From a virus, in IMG/VR virus record IMGVR_UViG_3300037509_000021, positions 1-38,393 of that record: 38,393 nucleotides of DNA. The stretch is one strand, 5' to 3'. This document shows positions 33,043 through 38,393 of this stretch, in pieces (position 1 is the stretch's first letter; every line of letters starts with the position of its first letter). Below the pieces are notes generated by a model that had not been told where the DNA came from, did not search any database, and saw only the letters and a program-made list of their open reading frames with translations. Made by a program: the position numbers and the translations under genes.

Positions 33043-33621
33043 ATGAAAAAAGAAGATAAGAAGAAGCGGACGATGCGTTACACGGACGCAGAGCTCGACA
33101 TTATTAAGCAAACTTTTGCCGAGAACGACGACTTGCTCATCGCCATCCGCAAACACTTCCTTCAGATGCCGCTTGAGCTTCAGGAGCAGCATATGTTGAA
33201 CAAGCTCCGTGAGAACGAGGCTGCCATGGCAGTACTACGCAAGACCTACCTGCCCACTCTCGACGGGAACGCCCCTATAAGCCAGCTTATAGACCTCTGG
33301 ATGACCGTAGATTTGAAGGACAAAAGCCCCGAACAGGCGTATCCGCACCTAGAGGCCCGCGAACTGCTCGTTACCTACTTGAATCAACAGCTCACTTTCC
33401 TTGAAAGTGAAGAGGTGTTGGGTGAGGAGGAGATCCAATTTGAGAAGCTGAGTGGGGCTGTCGGTAAGGGCGCGGAACAGGCTTATATAGACCTTGTAGC
33501 TCGCAACACCCTCGTCAGCCACAACGAGCAGCAGCTCCAGATGCTCTCCATTCTCGCAGGACGCAAGGAGGAGACGGTAGAGGAAACACAGAAGCGACTT
33601 AGGCGAGACTCCAGTATGTAA
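33043..33621 (+). CDS. Hypothetical head-module protein (192 aa), helical
   Basis: ATG ORF between the portal and scaffold genes. Confidence 0.5.
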   Translation: MKKEDKKKRTMRYTDAELDIIKQTFAENDDLLIAIRKHFLQMPLELQEQHMLNKLRENEAAMAVLRKTYLPTLDGNAPISQLIDLWMTVDLKDKSPEQAYPHLEARELLVTYLNQQLTFLESEEVLGEEEIQFEKLSGAVGKGAEQAYIDLVARNTLVSHNEQQLQMLSILAGRKEETVEETQKRLRRDSSM

Positions 33622-33626
33622 AAAGG

Positions 33627-33666
33627 TTATCCACAGCCTAGACATACGGCACTTGCATAGTATTAT
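33627..33666 (+). promoter_or_regulatory. Candidate late promoter P11 for the scaffold and capsid genes
   Basis: Exact TTATCCACA at 33627..33635. TATTAT at 33661..33666, 32 nt after the A of ATCC. Confidence 0.45.
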
Positions 33667-33694
33667 CCAAACATCAGAGTAACCATCTCTCAAA

Positions 33695-34216
33695 ATGGAA
33701 CCAGAGGAAACACAGGACGCTCCGGAAGTCCTTGAAACACCGGAAGAGACGACTGAAAATCAGGAAACGACTGATGAAGCAGCCCAGACCGACGAGGAAA
33801 AGGAGGCTCTTAGGAAGGAAAACGAAGAACTGAAGAGAAAGAACGCCCAGCTTTACGAGAGGACCCAGAAAGCAAAGGAAGTAAAGACGATCAGCGAATC
33901 AGGACTCTCATTCGAAGACTTCTACGCCCTGAACGAGGCCAGAGTACCGAAAGACGACATCCCAGAGGTCACGGAATACGCGAAACTCAAAGGAATTTCG
34001 GTATCCGAAGCCCTCAATTCAACGGTAGTAAAGTCGATTCTTGCAGACAACGCGGAGAAACGAGCCACGGCAGCAGCAACCGCCACCGGGCCGTCACGAC
34101 GCGCGACAGGAAAGGTATCCGAGGATACGCTTCTCAACAACGCGCGAAAGGGACAGCTCCCGGACTCCGACGAGGAGATGCAGCGGCTCATCAAGGCTTC
34201 GTTCGCCAAGAAGTAG
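33695..34216 (+). CDS. Scaffolding protein
   Basis: 173 aa. Very acidic N-terminus, coiled-coil, directly upstream of the capsid gene. Confidence 0.55.
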   Translation: MEPEETQDAPEVLETPEETTENQETTDEAAQTDEEKEALRKENEELKRKNAQLYERTQKAKEVKTISESGLSFEDFYALNEARVPKDDIPEVTEYAKLKGISVSEALNSTVVKSILADNAEKRATAAATATGPSRRATGKVSEDTLLNNARKGQLPDSDEEMQRLIKASFAKK

Positions 34217-34254
34217 ACAAAAATCGGTGGGAATACCAATTTATTCCCAAATAA

Positions 34255-35115
34255 ATGTCAGCAAACACAATTGCCAGCCGCGTGTACCGCGATAAGTACC
34301 GCAGCGCGCGCCTTGGAGAAGTTCTCCGCAACGCGATGGTGTCGGAGTCCATCTTTGAAGTGGACCGCTCCGATGCCAAGCGCATCCAGAACCCCTACGG
34401 CTCCCGCCCGACGACCGTCGTGCAGGCCCTCACGGGTACGTACTCTCCAGCAGCGTTCACCCTTACGGACGACGCTCTTGAGGTTACGGACGAGTTCATC
34501 GTCGCCGAGCACATCTACGACTTCGAAGAAGTGCTCACCGACTTCGACCTCTTTAACAACCGCACGGACCAGATGGCCTTCTCGGTCGCTCTCAAGCTCG
34601 ACCAGTGGGTACTCAACACCATCACGGAGGACGCCACGGGTGCTTACAGCACCCCAGCTGGGGGCTTCACGGCAGCCAACGTGCCTACGATTCTCGCTAA
34701 CATCGCCGCTTCGGTAGCAGGTTACGCAGAATCGTACCGCGGCCTCTTCCTCGTCATTGAAAATACCGACATCCCAGGCTTCGTGACTTCGCAGATCCAG
34801 AACGGCTTCAGCTTCGCGGATATGGCGCTTCGCAACGGCTTCATGCAGTCGATGATGGGTATTGATATCCATGTCGTACGCGCAGGTACGTTCGTAGACG
34901 CTACGGTCGGTACAAAGACCTGGACCAACTCTGGCCACCGCCTCGCGGGAGTCAAGGGAATGGCTACCTACGCTCATCCTCGCGGTGTTCGCTGGGAGGA
35001 GAAGGGCGTCTCGGGAAAGACCGGAGTCGAGGTCGTCTGTTACGGATACGCAGGTGCGAAGGTATGGGCAGTCACTGCTAGCCTTCTCATCGACGTCACG
35101 GTAACGCCCGCCTAG
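34255..35115 (+). CDS. Major capsid protein
   Basis: 286 aa. Follows the scaffold gene and is followed by a strong RNA structure. Composition and length fit an HK97-fold capsid protein. Confidence 0.65.
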   Translation: MSANTIASRVYRDKYRSARLGEVLRNAMVSESIFEVDRSDAKRIQNPYGSRPTTVVQALTGTYSPAAFTLTDDALEVTDEFIVAEHIYDFEEVLTDFDLFNNRTDQMAFSVALKLDQWVLNTITEDATGAYSTPAGGFTAANVPTILANIAASVAGYAESYRGLFLVIENTDIPGFVTSQIQNGFSFADMALRNGFMQSMMGIDIHVVRAGTFVDATVGTKTWTNSGHRLAGVKGMATYAHPRGVRWEEKGVSGKTGVEVVCYGYAGAKVWAVTASLLIDVTVTPA

Positions 35116-35125
35116 TTATTAACCA

Positions 35126-35192
35126 CCCCTTATGGGGAGGTTGCTGGGCCGGTTGTCCCACCGATTCCCGTCCTAGCACTCTCCCCATAAGG
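35126..35192 (+). other. Long-range stem-loop downstream of the capsid gene (RNA stabiliser or attenuator candidate)
   Basis: CCTTATGGGGAG 35128..35139 pairs with CTCCCCATAAGG 35181..35192 (12 bp). No U tract follows. Confidence 0.5.
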
Positions 35193-35206
35193 ACTAACAA
35201 GTACAC

Positions 35207-35587
35207 ATGGCAACAAAGAAGAAAGAAGAGGCCAAGTCTGAGGAGGTCGTGAGCCTCATTGACGAAGCGAATACTGCGGCCTCCCCGGAGGTACAGCCCC
35301 GCCGCGTGAGCACGGATAACGGCACTCAGTCCTTCGAGGAGAGCTCGATGGAGAAGGTGACCGCCACCGAGTTCACTCAGGGCGCGCAGGAGTTCGACAA
35401 TGCCGATCCCACCAAGCTGGTGCGCACCGACACCATTGAAACGCCCGTCGTCGTGCGCGAAAAGCGCATCATCGACGAGTCAATCGTGGACGTGGACGCG
35501 TATCTCGAACGCCTTAAGACCACGAACCCTCGTAAGCACGAGCTCAAGAAGGAGGAGCTCGCCAATCGCAAGGTAAACGGCGCTTAA
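35207..35587 (+). CDS. Hypothetical virion protein (126 aa), acidic
   Basis: ATG ORF after the capsid gene. Confidence 0.5.
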   Translation: MATKKKEEAKSEEVVSLIDEANTAASPEVQPRRVSTDNGTQSFEESSMEKVTATEFTQGAQEFDNADPTKLVRTDTIETPVVVREKRIIDESIVDVDAYLERLKTTNPRKHELKKEELANRKVNGA

Positions 35588-35649
35588 GTCTCCTTATGGC
35601 CCCTCAAAAGCGATTCCGGGGGGCCACAGAGGGCACTTAACCCAACATT

Positions 35650-36432
35650 ATGGCTAATCCATTCAACGACACCACCAACTACACGGGAATAGTCCAGATG
35701 TTCGAGGAGGAGGTGGGCTTGGAGGAAGGCTATATCTCCGGCAATACCAAGCGGTTGAAGCAATTCGCGGCATGGGTCAACTCAGCGATGGACGACTTCA
35801 TGGCCATTGCGCTCCAGTCGAGCGGAAACTGGGCCTTTGACGACACGAACCACGACGACTACCCGATTATCAGCACCGACATTGTAAGCGGCCAGCGTGA
35901 CTACTCGGTCCTTGAGGATCAGGACGGTAACCCCATCCTCGATATCTACAAGGTGGTGATATCCGACGCGCAGGGCAACGGCCGTGAACTGGAGCCTATT
36001 GAGGTCACCGCCAACGACCACAGACACGCTCACTGGGATATATCGGCGTTCTACAACGGCACAACGACTTCCGGGGTGCCCAACAAGTACGCGAAGACAG
36101 GCAACGGGATATTTCTCGACCCGGTACCTAACTACAATCGGACTGGCGGGCTACTGCTCTATGTGAATCGAGCAGCCAGCCGTTTCACGTACACTGACAC
36201 CACCAAGAAGCCTGGTGTGCCGGCTCTCTTCCAGAAGTACCTGTGGCTCAAGCCCGCCCTCGACTACGCAAGGCGCAATAACCTGTCTTCGTACCCACGT
36301 ATCGAGGCAGAGGTCATAAAGCTCGAAGGGATGCCGTCACGGGGCATACAAGGGGCGATACAGAGGTATTTCGGGCGACGTGAGAGAGATATTAGAAAGG
36401 GCATGAGGTCCGCTTATTCAGATAACAAGTAA
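35650..36432 (+). CDS. Head-tail adaptor / tail tubular A-like candidate
   Basis: 260 aa. Function inferred from its position between the capsid and tail genes only. Confidence 0.3.
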   Translation: MANPFNDTTNYTGIVQMFEEEVGLEEGYISGNTKRLKQFAAWVNSAMDDFMAIALQSSGNWAFDDTNHDDYPIISTDIVSGQRDYSVLEDQDGNPILDIYKVVISDAQGNGRELEPIEVTANDHRHAHWDISAFYNGTTTSGVPNKYAKTGNGIFLDPVPNYNRTGGLLLYVNRAASRFTYTDTTKKPGVPALFQKYLWLKPALDYARRNNLSSYPRIEAEVIKLEGMPSRGIQGAIQRYFGRRERDIRKGMRSAYSDNK

Positions 36433-36434
36433 CT

Positions 36435-36860
36435 ATGGCAAGTCTCGTTTATAACGCATACAAAGACAGGGTGCTTGAGGGGGGAGTGAATCTCCTTACG
36501 GACACCATCAAAGGGGCGCTCCTTACGAGTGCTTACACGCCAGACCAAGACGCCCACGCCTTCTTCAACGACGTGAGCGCGGGCCAGGCGGTCGGGACGG
36601 GTTATACCGCAGGCGGCCAAACCCTAACAGGCAAGACTGTGACCCAGGACAACACGAACAACCGGGGGGTGTTCGACGCCGCTGACCTTTCGTGGCCTAC
36701 GAGCACTCTCACGGCCCGCTACGTGGCTATCTACAAGGATACGGGAACGGCTGCCACCTCGCCACTCATCTGCCTCATAGACCTCGGGGCCAACCAGACT
36801 TCGACTGCCTCTACCTTCTACGTCCAATTCAGCGCGGATGGCGTGATGTACCTCGGATAG
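36435..36860 (+). CDS. Hypothetical virion protein (141 aa)
   Basis: Starts 2 nt after the previous stop. Confidence 0.55.
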   Translation: MASLVYNAYKDRVLEGGVNLLTDTIKGALLTSAYTPDQDAHAFFNDVSAGQAVGTGYTAGGQTLTGKTVTQDNTNNRGVFDAADLSWPTSTLTARYVAIYKDTGTAATSPLICLIDLGANQTSTASTFYVQFSADGVMYLG

Positions 36861-36862
36861 CC

Positions 36863-37708
36863 ATGCCACGGGTCAAATATCGAGGCTCCTCCAGCACAAG
36901 CGGCACTGGAACCAGTATTGTTGTCACGAAGCCTGCTGCGCTTGCGGTGGGGGACGCGATGCTGGCCCATGTGACGGCCCAAGAGGGAAGTACCGGCTAC
37001 TCCGTCGTTACTCCGCCCGCTGGCTGGACGACGATACTGAATACCCAAGTGCTCAGCGGTTCCAACTACCTGAATTCGTACTTTTTCGGGAAGGTCGCGG
37101 TTCTGGCGGATGTGCAGGTGGCGAACTTCACCTTCACCGCGAACCAGACCCCCACGTTTATCGCTGGTATCGTAGCTTTCTACGATACCGATTCAACCAA
37201 CCCGTTCGACCAATCTATAGGCTCCACGAGTACAGGTGGCAGCACCTATACCGCAACCGGGATTACTCCCACGGTATCGTCCGGCATGTACGTCATCGGC
37301 GTTTCCCGTGCAGGCTCGCTCAACGCGACGTTCAGCGGATACGCCGTTGCCAACAACAACCCCTCCTGGATCGAGCTCTGGGACATCAACCTCGCGGGGA
37401 ACGCCTCTGACGCCCTTACAGGTGCCCTGGCATACGGCGCACAGGAAACCCCTATGGCCAGCGGGACTGTTACTGCAGTTGCCTCCAATGCAGCTACAGT
37501 CCGCACGCTTCAAGTAGTAAACGTTGTCCCGGCACCTTTGACGGCCGCTTCGATGGTCGCCACTGCTGTCACAGCCGTCTTCGCCATCCTTGCTAGTGCC
37601 GTCTCGATGACTGCCGCCGTGTTAACCGCGACGTTCGCACCCGTTACCAGCGGTTTCACCACCCTCGCAAAAAGCGCCACTTCGTGGCTTAATACACCTA
37701 AGTCATAG
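36863..37708 (+). CDS. Hypothetical tail/virion protein (281 aa), Ala/Thr/Ser-rich beta-type
   Basis: ATG 36863 (MPRVKYRG...). The track ORF extends upstream to 36692 without a start signal. Confidence 0.55.
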   Translation: MPRVKYRGSSSTSGTGTSIVVTKPAALAVGDAMLAHVTAQEGSTGYSVVTPPAGWTTILNTQVLSGSNYLNSYFFGKVAVLADVQVANFTFTANQTPTFIAGIVAFYDTDSTNPFDQSIGSTSTGGSTYTATGITPTVSSGMYVIGVSRAGSLNATFSGYAVANNNPSWIELWDINLAGNASDALTGALAYGAQETPMASGTVTAVASNAATVRTLQVVNVVPAPLTAASMVATAVTAVFAILASAVSMTAAVLTATFAPVTSGFTTLAKSATSWLNTPKS

Positions 37709-37711
37709 CCT

Positions 37712-37993
37712 ATGGAGGAACGAGTACGACAGCTGGAACAGCAAGTAAGAGACCTCCTGGCGTGGATTTCCGAGAGAAACTTCCAGCAGATACGGTATCC
37801 GCTCGACGAGGCTTCAAGGAATACGCTTGCTGAGGAATTCACGCAGGTCGAGGACTTGGGGGATGGTTCTACTCCCCTTACCCAGACCATAAATCTTTCT
37901 GGCAACGCTGAGACTATAACCGTGCCGAGGGCCTACGCCGACACTGTACTTCTTAAGGTTGGTGATACGACCTACGAGATCCCTTACCTATGA
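37712..37993 (+). CDS. Hypothetical virion protein (93 aa)
   Basis: ATG ORF. ATGA overlap with the next gene. Confidence 0.55.
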   Translation: MEERVRQLEQQVRDLLAWISERNFQQIRYPLDEASRNTLAEEFTQVEDLGDGSTPLTQTINLSGNAETITVPRAYADTVLLKVGDTTYEIPYL

Positions 37994-38393
37994 TAAATAT
38001 TCCTTCAGAGAACCGAGCATGGAAGAGCCTCCAGAAAGGAGACCTCTACGGCTCTGTGGTAGAGAGCAAGAATCTGGATTTCAACCGTCCAGGCTACCTC
38101 CAGCTCGCCCGCAAGAGCATGTGCCTTTTTAATACCGACATCGACGACGTGCAGCCGACCGACAACGACAGCCCCGACTTCGGCACTCCCCTTGCGATGG
38201 CCACCGACGACGAGGTGACATACGTCGTCACTGACGAGCAGGTGTTCATGTTCGACGTAGGCTCCGATGACTTCTCTCAGCATGACAGCGGCTCGCCTGG
38301 AGGCGGCATAACGCCTATCAATGCCCCGAGCTTCGGTCTCGACACCGATGCGCTCATCTTTCAAGGGATTCTTCATGTTTCGGGTGGTTCGAG
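37990..38393 (+). CDS. 5' part of the split nozzle-like gene (continues at 3..1793 across the circular junction)
   Basis: ATG 37990 overlaps the previous TGA. The frame stays open to the window end and, after subtracting 38,266, is in phase with ORF 255..1793. Confidence 0.6.
   Translation, partial: MINIPSENRAWKSLQKGDLYGSVVESKNLDFNRPGYLQLARKSMCLFNTDIDDVQPTDNDSPDFGTPLAMATDDEVTYVVTDEQVFMFDVGSDDFSQHDSGSPGGGITPINAPSFGLDTDALIFQGILHVSGGS
38267..38393. repeat. Terminal direct repeat, copy 2 (identical to 1..127)
   Basis: Exact 127-bp identity with the window start. Confidence 0.95.

Noticed and set aside
36692-36860. A 171-nt stop-free -1 frame overlap between the 141-aa gene (36435..36860) and the upstream extension of 36863..37708, considered as a programmed -1 frameshift fusion
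   Set aside because: No X XXY YYZ slippery heptamer or downstream pseudoknot was found in the overlap. A clean ATG at 36863 sits 2 nt after the stop. An open frame of this length is not rare in GC-rich DNA.
1-38393. Searched for lysogeny, retroelement or CRISPR features (integrase, repressor-integrase module, reverse transcriptase with DGR template/variable repeats, CRISPR repeats)
   Set aside because: No ORF carries integrase or RT motifs, no spaced direct-repeat array was seen, and no template/variable repeat pair was noticed near the fibre or tail genes by eye. The tRNA-like genes are therefore not interpreted as attP remnants.

Overview
The window is a complete tailed dsDNA phage genome. 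Its first 127 bases are repeated exactly as its last 127 bases, which implies a circular or circularly permuted unit of 38,266 bp, and one tail gene is split across the window ends. Gene content looks podovirus-like: I found no tape-measure, tail-tube or sheath candidates. A rightward late arm (about 28.4 kb, through the junction, to 15.3 kb) carries HNH, TerS-like, TerL, portal, scaffold, major capsid, adaptor and nozzle candidates, a transglycosylase-containing internal virion protein, a 1033-aa core protein, a 1145-aa tail fibre and a lysis cassette (membrane proteins, M23 peptidase, SLT). A leftward early operon (20.1 to 15.7 kb) holds about 18 tightly coupled small ORFs, including an SSB-like protein. 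A rightward early/middle operon (20.3 to 28.4 kb) encodes an RHH regulator, RecA, a replication initiator with an internal iteron/AT-rich origin candidate, a DnaB-like helicase, a NinG-like protein and several HNH/His-Me finger endonucleases. No integrase, reverse transcriptase, CRISPR array or phage RNA polymerase was seen. Five observations deserve a second look. (1) A DnaA-box-like 9-mer (TTATCCACA / YTATCCCCA) sits at a fixed distance upstream of -10 hexamers at most operon starts. (2) Two tandem tRNA-like genes have canonical acceptor and T arms but aberrant anticodon arms, each is clamped by a 15-bp leader/trailer helix, and both are opposed by antisense promoters. (3) An AT-richer accessory island lies between the core and fibre genes, bracketed by an 18-bp direct repeat, and contains an alternative-pairing leader. 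(4) GC-rich, highly structured non-coding segments flank a free-standing HNH-AP2 gene just upstream of the packaging module. (5) An SLT gene has an apparent signal peptide with no canonical start codon. All functional calls rest on motif recognition and synteny by eye. No database searches were run.
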